Shown: piece after piece, positions 9,352 through 18,732 of the stretch
Position numbering within the stretch: the first letter of the stretch is position 1
Layout of the letters: each line of letters begins with the position of its first letter
Source: Actinomycetota bacterium
Lineage (GTDB): Bacteria > Actinomycetota > JAICYB01
Direction: 5' to 3'
Assembly: GCA_040905525.1 (NCBI GenBank)
Contig: JBBDRJ010000013.1
Coordinates: 231,919-295,918 of the forward strand
Length of the DNA: 64,000 bases
Position numbers and translations under genes: made by a program
Notes under the pieces: generated by a model
Told to the model about the DNA's origin: nothing
What the model saw: only the letters and a program-made list of their open reading frames with translations
Databases searched by the model: none

Positions 9352-10437
9352 ATGGACTTCCGACTCAACGAAGACCAGCAGGCGCTGCAGGCGGCAGCCA
9401 AGGACTTCCTGCGCAAGGAAGTCACGTCCACTGTGGTCCGCGCCGCCTTCGACAGTCCGGACGGCGACGCGCCCGAGCTCTACAAGAAGATGGCCGAGCT
9501 CGGCTGGCTCTGCATCTCGGTGCCCGAGGACCTCGGGGGCCTGGGCATGTCGATCATCGAGCAGGCCGTCGTGTGCGAGCAGCTCGGCTACGTGAACGCG
9601 CCCGGTCCCTACATGGTGACGGCGTGCGCCGCGATGCCGGCCTTGGTTGCTCTCGGCGCGTCCGACTTGTTGCCGCCGCTCCTCGACGGTTCCAAGCGCG
9701 CGACGGTCGCGTCGGGAACCGATCACATCATCGATGCGCAGATGGCCGATGCCGTGCTGATCGTTCAGGACGGAAAAGCGACGTGGTACGAGACCGACGA
9801 GTTCGAAGTTACGCCGTCTCCGTCGGTGGACGGCACGCGGCGCCAGGCGTCGGTTCGTCTGACGGGCAAAGGGCGCGAGCTCGGCCCATCGACCGAGCTC
9901 GAGTTCGCGAAGGAGCCGGGCCCCGCCCGCGCCATCGACGCGATAACCGCGTTGCTGTGCGCCGAGATGGTCGGCTGCATGCAGTGGGCGCTGGACACGA
10001 CGGTGCAGTACCTCAAGGACCGCGAGGCTTTCGGCCGTCCGATCGGAGTGTTCCAAGCCGTGCAACACAAGGCGGCCGACATGCTGGTGCACACCGAGTC
10101 TTCGCGCTCGGCGGCGTACTACGCGGCCTACGCGTCGGCGAAGGGACTGCCCGACGGACGGTTCGCCGCCTCCGTCGCCAAGGCCTACTGCTCGGATGCC
10201 GTCCATTCGGTGACCGGTGAGTGCATCCAGCTGCACGGCGGGATCGGGTTCACGTGGGAGCACGACGCGCATCTTTATTTCAAGCGCGCCACGACGAACC
10301 GGATCCTTCTCGGCGACGCCGGCTTCCACCGGGACCGGGCTCTAGCGCTCGACCCCGCGCGCAAGCGAGCCGAAGCGGGCACGGGGTTCGTGGCACCCTC
10401 GATGGTGAGCCACCGGGTTCGGCTAGAGGAAAGGTAG
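9352..10437 (+). CDS. Acyl-CoA dehydrogenase-like protein lacking catalytic Glu (beta-type subunit)
   Basis: ACAD fold (FGRPIGVFQAVQHKAADM), but the C-terminal region GIGFTWEHDAHLYFKRA...LLGDAGFHRDR has no EGTSEI motif. It lies adjacent to the upstream ACAD. Confidence 0.75.
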   Translation: MDFRLNEDQQALQAAAKDFLRKEVTSTVVRAAFDSPDGDAPELYKKMAELGWLCISVPEDLGGLGMSIIEQAVVCEQLGYVNAPGPYMVTACAAMPALVALGASDLLPPLLDGSKRATVASGTDHIIDAQMADAVLIVQDGKATWYETDEFEVTPSPSVDGTRRQASVRLTGKGRELGPSTELEFAKEPGPARAIDAITALLCAEMVGCMQWALDTTVQYLKDREAFGRPIGVFQAVQHKAADMLVHTESSRSAAYYAAYASAKGLPDGRFAASVAKAYCSDAVHSVTGECIQLHGGIGFTWEHDAHLYFKRATTNRILLGDAGFHRDRALALDPARKRAEAGTGFVAPSMVSHRVRLEER

Positions 10438-10443
10438 GGACAC

Positions 10444-10854
10444 GTGAAGCGACTTCTGGTGTTGCTCGCCGCGGGCGCGCTTGTCTTCGGCGGCGTTGCG
10501 TGCAGCGACGATGATCCAGAGAATGCCGGACAGACGACCGAGGATCAGAACGAGGGCATCTACGCCGACGACAGCCCCGCGGCGACGAGCCAAGCCGGTG
10601 GCGACTTCGACGTGAACATCGTGGACTTCGGCTACGAGCCGAAGGAGCTCACTGTGGCCGCCGGCGAGGAAGTCGTATGGGAGAACACGGGTGAGGCGCC
10701 GCACACCGTGACCTTCAAGGAAGGCGGTATCGACTCGGGCAACCTCGAGTCCGGCGAAGGCTTCAGCCAGCAGTTCGATGCGGCCGGGACTACCGAGTAC
10801 TTCTGCAGCGTGCACGGCGAAGAACGGATGTCTGGAATGGTCGTCGTCCAGTAG
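10444..10854 (+). CDS. Plastocyanin/azurin-like type 1 copper lipoprotein (cupredoxin)
   Basis: Signal peptide with lipobox LVFGGVAC. Type 1 Cu ligands H (HTVTF), then C-x-x-H-x-x-x-x-M (FCSVHGEERM). Confidence 0.75.
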   Translation: MKRLLVLLAAGALVFGGVACSDDDPENAGQTTEDQNEGIYADDSPAATSQAGGDFDVNIVDFGYEPKELTVAAGEEVVWENTGEAPHTVTFKEGGIDSGNLESGEGFSQQFDAAGTTEYFCSVHGEERMSGMVVVQ

Positions 10855-10914
10855 GTTTCACGCCCAGCGACCTGGGGAATCAACTTCCGGACGAGCAGTT
10901 CTTGGGGAAAGGTC

Positions 10915-10941
10915 GAGAGGGGGGCTCCAGGCCCCCCTCTC
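10915..10941. terminator. Bidirectional intrinsic terminator hairpin between convergent genes
   Basis: Perfect 11-bp GC-rich stem gagaggggggc/gcccccctctc with loop tccag. It lies between the cupredoxin (+) 3' end and the ABC permease (-) 3' end. Confidence 0.5.
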
Positions 10942-10947
10942 ACCACA

Positions 10948-11802
10948 TCAGGTCATGTACCGCGTGACCCAGCCCCGCCTCCGCAACAGGTTGAACATCG
11001 ACCGCGCGAAAGCCAGGCCGAGCACGATGTACACCACGTCCAGACCGAGAGCCAGCACCAAGCGGTCCCACGGCGGTGCTCCGCCCGCGATGACCGCCCT
11101 CATCGCTTCGAACACGTGCGATGTCGGCAGGCCCGAGCTGATCGCCTGCGCCCAGACGGGCAGCGCGCTCACCGGATAGAACACCGCTGAGATCGGCATG
11201 AGCAACACGGCCAGACCCCAGGCGAGGATGTCCGCACCCGGACCGAAGCGCAGGATGATGCCGAGCACGATCAATCCGACGGCGACGCCGAACAGCATCA
11301 GCGCCACCATGAACAGCGCGAGCACCGGTCCCATACCGAACGCTCCGAAGCCGAACAGAGCCCAGGCGATAGTCAGCATGATCGTCCATCCGCACAACAC
11401 CTTCGTGAGCGACCAGGCCACCGCACCCGCCAGGTACTCCATGGGACGCAACGGCGACACCATCAGGTTCAGGATGTTGTGCGTCCACGACGTGTCGTCG
11501 AGGAACGTCACCCCGATCCCGAGGTTCGACCGGAAAACCAGGTCCCACAGCAGCACGCCGCCGATCAGGAAGCCGAAGGCCTGCGGGATCTGGGTGTTGG
11601 TCTGGACCATGTAGTGCGTGAGCATGCCCCAGAGCAACAGATCCATAGCCGGCCAGAACAGCATGTCGACCAGCCCCGGCGGTGAGTGCCGCAGCTCGTA
11701 CGCGTGGCGCTTGTACAGCGCCCAGATGCGCCGTCCCGAGCGCGCAGCGCCCGAGTCCGGCGCGTCGCTATATCGTTCATCTCGTACCGCTACCTGAGTC
11801 AT
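10948..11802 (-). CDS. ABC-2 type transporter permease
   Basis: Six TM helices and the ABC-2 signature region. The start at the internal Met MTQVAV (11802) overlaps the stop of the upstream ATPase gene (ATGA). Confidence 0.75.
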   Translation of the reverse strand: MTQVAVRDERYSDAPDSGAARSGRRIWALYKRHAYELRHSPPGLVDMLFWPAMDLLLWGMLTHYMVQTNTQIPQAFGFLIGGVLLWDLVFRSNLGIGVTFLDDTSWTHNILNLMVSPLRPMEYLAGAVAWSLTKVLCGWTIMLTIAWALFGFGAFGMGPVLALFMVALMLFGVAVGLIVLGIILRFGPGADILAWGLAVLLMPISAVFYPVSALPVWAQAISSGLPTSHVFEAMRAVIAGGAPPWDRLVLALGLDVVYIVLGLAFARSMFNLLRRRGWVTRYMT

Positions 11803-12551
11803 CTTCGGGCCTCCTCTGCAATCGATAGGAACGTCTTCTCCATGTCTTCCGCGCCGTATTTGGCCGCGATCTCCGTCGGCGAGCCGTCGGCCACAACACC
11901 ACCGGCGACCACGAAGACGACCCGCCGGCACAGCCGCTCGATGTCGGCCATGTTGTGCGACGTCACCAGCAACGTGAACGTGCCCTTGGCGTGCTCCTCT
12001 CGGATCACCGCGCGCACGCGCTCGGAGACCTCCGGGTCGAGCGAGGCTGTCGGCTCGTCCAGCACGAGCAGCCGCGGCTCACTCATAAGCGACTTCGCCA
12101 AGCCGACGAGCGTCCTCTGCCCGCTGGAGAGCTGCGAGGCGTAACGCTCTCCGAACTCGTCGATCTGCAGCCGCTGAACCAGGTCGTCGACCTGGGCCTG
12201 GCTGGAGCCGTACAGCGTGCGGAAAACGTCCAGGATCTCCCGGACGCGCACCTTGTACGGCAGCCCGACGTACGCCGCCGTGAAGTTCGTCTGCTCCAGG
12301 GCCCGGGTCCGCTCCTCTGGGAGCGGGTGTCCGAGCAGCGTGACCTTGCCCTCGTCGGGCTCCGTCACGCCGAGCAGCATCATCAGCGTCGTCGTCTTGC
12401 CGGCACCGTTGGGACCCAGGAGGGCGACGACGTCGCCTTCCTCGATCTTCAGATCTATGCCGTTAACCGCGTATGTGTATTCCTCTGTCTGCTTCTTCGT
12501 CTTGTTCTTGAAGCGTTTGCGCAGGCCAACTGCATCTATGGCTAGCGTCAT
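11799..12551 (-). CDS. ABC transporter ATP-binding protein
   Basis: Walker A GPNGAGKTT, ABC signature LSSGQR, Walker B LLVLDEPT. Confidence 0.9.
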   Translation of the reverse strand: MTLAIDAVGLRKRFKNKTKKQTEEYTYAVNGIDLKIEEGDVVALLGPNGAGKTTTLMMLLGVTEPDEGKVTLLGHPLPEERTRALEQTNFTAAYVGLPYKVRVREILDVFRTLYGSSQAQVDDLVQRLQIDEFGERYASQLSSGQRTLVGLAKSLMSEPRLLVLDEPTASLDPEVSERVRAVIREEHAKGTFTLLVTSHNMADIERLCRRVVFVVAGGVVADGSPTEIAAKYGAEDMEKTFLSIAEEARR

Positions 12552-12823
12552 CTCACCCTCCTTGTGTAGTTCTGCCTCTCATCGCCTCCGCCTTCCTCGC
12601 TTCGGCACAAAGCGCCTCAGCGATGGCTAGGGACGGCGGATCCCGCTGGCGGGGAAAAGGAAAACCGCGCAGGCAACTTCGCGGTCCCCAGGCGGGGTCC
12701 GTCGGCCGGCGCGGTGGCGTTACCTATAACAAGACGTTGGTGAGCTTAACATCATCTGCCGCGGTTTTGTCTATTCGAACGCTCATGTGGCGCGAAACGT
12801 CCGGCTCCGCTTAGCTTTCGAGC

Positions 12824-13261
12824 GTGACATTTGAGCACTACAACCAGAAGGTCGCCGATGCGTTCGTGAAGATGGCGTCCCACACGGCGCTCCCGGACTT
12901 CCTGGGCGTGAGCTTCACCGATGCCGGTCCGGGCCGGCTGGTCGCCGAGATGGAGGTCCGGCCCGAGATGCTCACCCCGTTCGGGAACCTCCACGGCGGC
13001 GTGGTCGCGGTTCTCGTCGACCACGTCCTGGGCTCGGTGATGTACCCGGTCATGCCGCCGGGCTGGTGGGCGGCCACTACGGAGTACAAGGTCAACAACC
13101 TGGCCCCCGTGCGCGAGGGAGGCCTGCGGGCCGAAGCGACCATCGTGGCGATGACCCGGCGGACCTCTGTGGTACGCGTCGACGTGACGAATGGAGAGCG
13201 ACTGGTCTGCGTGGCGCAGGGTACCTGTCTATTACAGGCGCCCCGGGCTGTAACCCCTTAG
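12824..13261 (+). CDS. PaaI/hotdog-fold thioesterase
   Basis: The NLHGGVVAVLVDHVLG motif is typical of PaaI-family 4HBT-like thioesterases. Confidence 0.75.
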   Translation: MTFEHYNQKVADAFVKMASHTALPDFLGVSFTDAGPGRLVAEMEVRPEMLTPFGNLHGGVVAVLVDHVLGSVMYPVMPPGWWAATTEYKVNNLAPVREGGLRAEATIVAMTRRTSVVRVDVTNGERLVCVAQGTCLLQAPRAVTP

Positions 13262-13271
13262 GCTTTCCGCC

Positions 13272-14099
13272 ATGATGGGACGGGGGAAGGCTCTCTTGAT
13301 CGCGGCCGTGGTCGGTGCGTCGGTCCTCGTGCCCGCGACGACCGAAGCCGCGCCCGAGTGGGCTCCGGCGGCGACGGCTCCCATCCACCCGGGAGTCCAG
13401 ACCTTTTCCCCGAGCGGCCAGTGCACGGCGAACTTCATCTTCGCCAACGTGCGCGACGTGTTCATCGGGCAGGCGGCGCACTGCACCACGATGGGCGGCC
13501 CGCGTGACGTGAACGGGTGCACGACGCCGAGCCATCCATACGGCACAAAGGTGACGGTGGGCGGCGCGACCAGGCGCGGCACGATGATCTACAACTCCTG
13601 GAACACCATGAAGGCCAAGGGCGAGACGGACTCGACCATCTGTTCTTTCAACGACTTCGCGCTCGTGCGACTGGACCGGACCGACCACAAGCGGGTCAAT
13701 CCGTCGCTGCCGTATTGGGGAGGACCGACAGGACTGACCTCGAACGGCGCCGGACTCGGGGCTCTCGTGTACAGCTACGGACGATCTGGGCTTCGCGACG
13801 GTCTGGAGATCCTGAGCCCACGGACCGGCATCAGCCTCGGGTTGGGTTCGGAGCTTCGAAATTGGGTGCATCTGATCGAGTTCATAACGCCGGGGCTTCC
13901 CGGCGACTCGGGCAGCGCCGTGCTCGACGCTTCGGGCAAGGCCCTCGGCATCCTGGCCACGCTCGGCGCCGGGTTCAACGGTGTAGGCGACATAAGCCGC
14001 GAGCTCCAGTACATGTGGTCGAAGACCAATCTCGACGCGATCAAGCTCGTGCCGGGGACCGTTGCATTCAACCCGAGCCAGTTGCCGCTCGAGCTCTAG
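13272..14099 (+). CDS. Secreted S1 (chymotrypsin/streptogrisin-like) serine protease
   Basis: Signal peptide. Catalytic triad in context: AAHC (His), NDFALVRL (Asp), GDSGSAV (Ser). Confidence 0.8.
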   Translation: MMGRGKALLIAAVVGASVLVPATTEAAPEWAPAATAPIHPGVQTFSPSGQCTANFIFANVRDVFIGQAAHCTTMGGPRDVNGCTTPSHPYGTKVTVGGATRRGTMIYNSWNTMKAKGETDSTICSFNDFALVRLDRTDHKRVNPSLPYWGGPTGLTSNGAGLGALVYSYGRSGLRDGLEILSPRTGISLGLGSELRNWVHLIEFITPGLPGDSGSAVLDASGKALGILATLGAGFNGVGDISRELQYMWSKTNLDAIKLVPGTVAFNPSQLPLEL

Positions 14100-15365
14100 A
14101 TGCGCGGCGTCATCGAGGGGTACTACGGTCCGCCGTTCTCGCACGAGGCACGCATCGATTTCATGCAATGGATGGCAGGCGAAGGCCTGACCGTCTACGC
14201 CTACGCCCCCAAGGACGACCCCTTCCATCGCGACCGCTGGCGCGAGCCCTATCCCGACGACGAGATGCAGCGCTTCGAAGAGCTCGTCCGAAAAGGGAAG
14301 GAATGCGGCGTCGACTTCTGCTACACGATCTCGCCCGGGCTCGATATCTCCGATGGGGAGGAGGGCGTCCTCGTAGACAAGCTGCGAACGCTCGCCGACG
14401 TCGGGTTCGAGACGTTCGGCGTTTTGTGGGACGACGTGCCCGCCGGCGGAACCGAGCTCGGCGAGCGCCACGGCCGCGCCACGGCGGCAGCCGTCGATGC
14501 CATCGGCGGTGCGACGTGGTGGACGGTCGGAACCGACTACGCGATCTCCCGTCCGACGCCGTATCTCGAAGGGCTGTGCCGAACCGTTCCGGACGAGGTG
14601 CTGGTTTCGTGGACCGGGTCCGGAGTTACGCCGGCCTCGGTCACGGGGGCCGAGGCCGCGGGCCTGGGTGACGCGCTCGGACGCAAACTGCTGCTGTGGG
14701 AGAACTTCCCGGTCAACGACTCGGTGATGCGCGACGTGCTGCACATGGGTCCGTATCCGAATCGCTCACCGGATCTGGTCGACGCATCGTCCGGCGTTTT
14801 GCTGAACCTGATGCAGCATCCGTACGCGAGCCGCATCGGCGTCGCGTGCGGCGCGCGCTTCTGGAGGGATCCGAAAGCGGACCGGCAACGGGTGTGGCGC
14901 GACGTGATCGGCGGCTTCGGTGACCTGGCTCCGCTCGCGCGTGCGTGCCGCTCGTGGGCCGACGATCCCGGACCCGATCCCGATCTCCTGGAGTGGGCGG
15001 CCGCTGCGCCGCAGGACAAGCGGCTGCGCTCCTTCCTCGAAGCCGGTTGCCGCGGAGGTTTGAGCGCCGAGGTGCAAGCGGACCTGGAGCCGTGGCTCGC
15101 GGCCTGGGAACGCGAAGCGCAGCTGATGCTGATGTGCCTCGACATCCTCGAACGCGGCTATCGCTCGACCAACCGCGGCGTCGGCGCCGCTGTGCTCTGG
15201 TTCAACGCCCGTACGCAGCGCACCCAGACCTTCGGACTGCGCGCCGCCGCGTATCCGGTCACTTTGCAGTCGGGGGAGTTCGCGACCACGGGGGCTGAGG
15301 CCGCGATCATCGGCGAGAACCTCACCGACCGGTTGTGCCGGCGGGCGCTGCACGCGCCCCTCTAA
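14100..15365 (+). CDS. GH84 family beta-N-acetylglucosaminidase (O-GlcNAcase-like)
   Basis: RGVIEGYYGPPFSHEAR...YAYAPKDDPFHRDRWREPY...YTISPGLDI is the GH84 catalytic-domain signature. Confidence 0.85.
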   Translation: MRGVIEGYYGPPFSHEARIDFMQWMAGEGLTVYAYAPKDDPFHRDRWREPYPDDEMQRFEELVRKGKECGVDFCYTISPGLDISDGEEGVLVDKLRTLADVGFETFGVLWDDVPAGGTELGERHGRATAAAVDAIGGATWWTVGTDYAISRPTPYLEGLCRTVPDEVLVSWTGSGVTPASVTGAEAAGLGDALGRKLLLWENFPVNDSVMRDVLHMGPYPNRSPDLVDASSGVLLNLMQHPYASRIGVACGARFWRDPKADRQRVWRDVIGGFGDLAPLARACRSWADDPGPDPDLLEWAAAAPQDKRLRSFLEAGCRGGLSAEVQADLEPWLAAWEREAQLMLMCLDILERGYRSTNRGVGAAVLWFNARTQRTQTFGLRAAAYPVTLQSGEFATTGAEAAIIGENLTDRLCRRALHAPL

Positions 15366-16486
15366 GGAGCTTTGCCCAACGCATCGCGGACGGAGCCCGC
15401 GAATGCCTCCCCGTAGCTGACACCCTCTTCGTATCCCTCGCCCCACGGGTGCGGGAGATAGCCGTGCCAGGGAGCGATGCCGGCCAGGAGCACGCGGTCG
15501 TTGCGCGCGGCCGAGATCTCCTTGCCGAGCGCGTGGAACGCTTCACCCGGTATCGAGACGAGGCGTACATCGCCGATCGACCACTCAGTGAGGTCGACGT
15601 CCATCGCCGGCTCGCCCCACAGGACGGCGAGCCCGGTTCCGCCGACGGGCGCTTGGATCGTCTCGTGCTTCAGGAGGCGCAACACACCTTCGAACGGCTC
15701 GGCGCCCGCCAGGGTGCCGGCGACGACCGCAGCCAGCCTCTTTCCGTATCCGACCGTCTGTTCCCAACTCGCCCACGGCGCGTAGGTGTCATGGACGGCG
15801 CCGTCGAAGGGGACAGGGTTGATGTCACCGAGCGCACCGGTGAGCTCGATGGTCGTCCCACCGGCGAGCTCTTCCATCGATGTTCGAAACGTTCCCACCC
15901 AGTCAGTTGCAACCGACAGCCACTCCGGACCGAGCAGGACGGGGTGTATGGACAGATTCGCGACCGTACCGATGCGAGCTCGGTCTTCGTCGCGAAAGTC
16001 GAGCACGGCGAACCACGGGTCTGTGAAGGGGAGCGCGCGGCGGTTGAAGGCGAAGCCCTCGGGCAGCGGCGCGCGAGCGTAATGCAAGATTGCGTCTCGG
16101 CTCCCGTTCCTCGCAGCGGCGGCGGCGGCAACGCAACCCGTTCGCAACGTCTCGGTGAATCCCTCGGGCATGGGCCAGCCGATACGTTCGCTTCCGGCGA
16201 TACCACTCGGCCCGTGATGGGTGTGGGTGCTCGCGACGATCACCGCGGCGGACTCCACGCCGAGCTCGGAGGCGATCGCCTCGCGAACGGGTTGGTTCAC
16301 GTCGCGCGAGAGCGCGAGCAGGTCGCACACCACCAGGCACAGCTCGTTGTCGCCGTCGTTCAGGTACAGGGCGCGCGCTTCGAGGTCCTCTTTGATCTCT
16401 TGGGCCGGCTCGCTCCTGTCGCCGAAACCGGCCAGCCACACCGGCGGCTCCGGCGTGATCGACGCGACGCCGAAACCGGCTTTCAC
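15362..16486 (-). CDS. Neutral/alkaline ceramidase-like hydrolase (N-terminal catalytic domain type)
   Basis: GFGVASITPEPPVWLAGFG...ARALYL...LCLVVCDLL...VIVASTHTHHGPS matches the neutral ceramidase N-domain. The GTG start at 16486 forms a GTGA overlap with the upstream oxidoreductase stop. Confidence 0.6.
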   Translation of the reverse strand: MKAGFGVASITPEPPVWLAGFGDRSEPAQEIKEDLEARALYLNDGDNELCLVVCDLLALSRDVNQPVREAIASELGVESAAVIVASTHTHHGPSGIAGSERIGWPMPEGFTETLRTGCVAAAAAARNGSRDAILHYARAPLPEGFAFNRRALPFTDPWFAVLDFRDEDRARIGTVANLSIHPVLLGPEWLSVATDWVGTFRTSMEELAGGTTIELTGALGDINPVPFDGAVHDTYAPWASWEQTVGYGKRLAAVVAGTLAGAEPFEGVLRLLKHETIQAPVGGTGLAVLWGEPAMDVDLTEWSIGDVRLVSIPGEAFHALGKEISAARNDRVLLAGIAPWHGYLPHPWGEGYEEGVSYGEAFAGSVRDALGKAP

Positions 16487-17460
16487 AGCGAAACCGTCTT
16501 CCGAGTGCGTGCCGACTCGTAGGCCGCGCACACGATGGCCAGCGCGGCCCGGCCGTCGTCCGCCGTGGCCGGTTGCGCCGAAGGCTCACCGCGGATGGCC
16601 CGCACGAAATCGTCGAACGGGCTCGAGACGTCGCCGGGCAGCTCGACCTTCTCGCTGTCGCCTTCGGCCGGACGGAACGTCAGCGGCGAACGCGCGTCGA
16701 CGTGCATGGTGCCCTGGTGGCCGAAGACGGTCAGACCGAAATCGGGAGCCGGGCGCGCGACCCAGCTCGCGTGCACCGACCCGATCGCGCCGTCGGAGAA
16801 ACGGATCGCGACCTGCGCGGCGTCTTCGGCCGGTTCTTCACCCAGCGTTACGGCCGTCACCTCGGTCGCATCGAGTCCGGTAACGAAGCGCAGCAGGTCG
16901 ATCGCGTGGATACCGAGATCGATGAGCGCGCCACCTCCGGACAGCTTGGTGTCGAAGAACCACGTTGCGTCGGGAGCCCAGCCGCGGGGCCCGGCGTGTC
17001 CGAAAGCCGCCCGCACACCCACGATCTTGCCGACACGCGCGATCGATCGGTGCGCCGCGACGGCGACGGGAAGATAGCGGACGTTGTGCGCGACGTGCAG
17101 TACGACTCCACCGTCGCCGGCCGCGGCGATCATCGCGTCGGCTTCCTTAACCGTGCACGCGATCGGCTTCTCGACGAGCACGTGCTTGCCGGCCTGCGCC
17201 GCGGCGACCGTCTGCTCGTGGTGCAGCGAGTTCGGCGAGCAGATGTCGACGGCATCGATGTCGTCGCGCGCCACGACCTTGCGCCAGTCGTCGGATACGA
17301 CAGCGTCGGTGGTTCCCCATTCACCGGCCGCGGCCTCGGCCGAGGCCAGGGAACGGGAAGCGAAGGCGACGACGTCGACGTCGGAGATGTTCTTGAGCGC
17401 CGGAACATGCGACCGGCGCGCGATCGCGCCGCAACCGACCAGCGCGACCCGGATGGTCAC
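16483..17460 (-). CDS. Gfo/Idh/MocA family oxidoreductase
   Basis: The GTG start gives IRVALVGCGAIARRSHVPAL (Rossmann). It overlaps the stop of DegT upstream (GTGA). Confidence 0.8.
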   Translation of the reverse strand: MTIRVALVGCGAIARRSHVPALKNISDVDVVAFASRSLASAEAAAGEWGTTDAVVSDDWRKVVARDDIDAVDICSPNSLHHEQTVAAAQAGKHVLVEKPIACTVKEADAMIAAAGDGGVVLHVAHNVRYLPVAVAAHRSIARVGKIVGVRAAFGHAGPRGWAPDATWFFDTKLSGGGALIDLGIHAIDLLRFVTGLDATEVTAVTLGEEPAEDAAQVAIRFSDGAIGSVHASWVARPAPDFGLTVFGHQGTMHVDARSPLTFRPAEGDSEKVELPGDVSSPFDDFVRAIRGEPSAQPATADDGRAALAIVCAAYESARTRKTVSL

Positions 17461-18716
17461 AACAGCACGTTTGCAACCTTGGCGATCGCCGTGGCGACGT
17501 CCTCGCAGTCCGAGGCCTCGTAAGCCACGCCGACGCCGATCGTGAACGAGCGAGCCACGAGCTCCTCGGTCCGCGGACACATCCCCATCTCGTAGGCCGC
17601 CTGCGTGGGGTGCTCCGCGCAGTGCCACGGGCCGCCCTTGTTGGTTGCCGTCCGCTTGGCCAGGATCGCGGGGTTCGAGTAAACGGGCGTGCCGTTGTAG
17701 ACCTGTGCGCACGGAACGCCCTCGGCGAACAGCGCCTTGATGAAGGGCCGGCACGCATCCGGGCTCGGCAGGAACCACGTGATGGACGAGCCGCCGTCGC
17801 CGTCGGGGTCATGCGAGCCGCGGAGCTCGAGGACCGGCACGTCCCCGAGAATGCCGAGGATCTTGCGCCGGTTGGCTCGAAAGCGCTCGATGATCGACGG
17901 AAGCTTGCGCAGCTGTTCAAGGGCTATGGCTCCGGCGATCTCGGTCATGCGGAGGTTCTCGCCGCAGAACGGTTCGGACAGCTCCTCTCCCCGTTCGGAG
18001 CCGTAGCTCGTGACGAACTGGCCGCCCTGATCGGAGAACCGTGAAGCACGAACGTGGAGCTGCTCGTCGTTGGTTGCGAGGGCACCACCCTCGCCGGAGG
18101 TGACGTTCTTCTCGAGCTGAAGCGAGTACGCGCCACAATCACCGATCGTGCCGAGGGCCTTTCCCTTGTACGACGATCCGATGGCCTGGCACGCGTCCTC
18201 GATGATCGCGACACCGCGCCGCTGGGCGATCTCGAGCAGCGAGTCCAGGTCGCAGCCCTGGTTCTCAAGGTGCACGGGCATGATCGCCGCCGTGCGATCG
18301 GTGATCTTCGACTCGACGTCGGCCGGATCGGCTCCCAACGAGCTGTCCACCTCGCAGAAGACGGGAACCGCACCGGCGGCCACGACGGCGTTGACCGTGG
18401 CGATGAACGTGAAAGACGGAACGATCACCTCGTCTCCGCAGCCAACGCCGAGTGCTGCCAGTCCGGCGCGCAGAGCGGCCGTGCCGCTGGAAACACCGAC
18501 GGCGTATCCAACATCGAGCTGTTCGCGCAACAGGTTCTCGAAGCCTTCGACCTTCTTGAGCAGATTGGGACCGTAGTAGCGGAATAGCGACTTCGAATCG
18601 AGCACCTCGGTCGCGGCGGCGCGCTCTTCGGAGCCGAACACGGCCAGCCCCCTGCCCATGGGGAGCCGCTTGCTGCGGACCGGAGTGCCGCCGTCGATCG
18701 CCAGCTTGTCGGTCAT
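17457..18716 (-). CDS. DegT/DnrJ/EryC1/StrS family PLP-dependent sugar aminotransferase
   Basis: MTDKLAIDGG...VGVSSGTAAL...VIVPSFTFIATVNAV...AYSLQLEKN (the PLP lysine context) is the DegT signature. Confidence 0.85.
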   Translation of the reverse strand: MTDKLAIDGGTPVRSKRLPMGRGLAVFGSEERAAATEVLDSKSLFRYYGPNLLKKVEGFENLLREQLDVGYAVGVSSGTAALRAGLAALGVGCGDEVIVPSFTFIATVNAVVAAGAVPVFCEVDSSLGADPADVESKITDRTAAIMPVHLENQGCDLDSLLEIAQRRGVAIIEDACQAIGSSYKGKALGTIGDCGAYSLQLEKNVTSGEGGALATNDEQLHVRASRFSDQGGQFVTSYGSERGEELSEPFCGENLRMTEIAGAIALEQLRKLPSIIERFRANRRKILGILGDVPVLELRGSHDPDGDGGSSITWFLPSPDACRPFIKALFAEGVPCAQVYNGTPVYSNPAILAKRTATNKGGPWHCAEHPTQAAYEMGMCPRTEELVARSFTIGVGVAYEASDCEDVATAIAKVANVLL

Positions 18717-18732
18717 CACATGCAGTTTGCTA

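Noticed and set aside
13092-14744. 550-aa minus-strand ORF
   Set aside because: It overlaps the S1 protease and GH84 genes in antisense. No domain signal.
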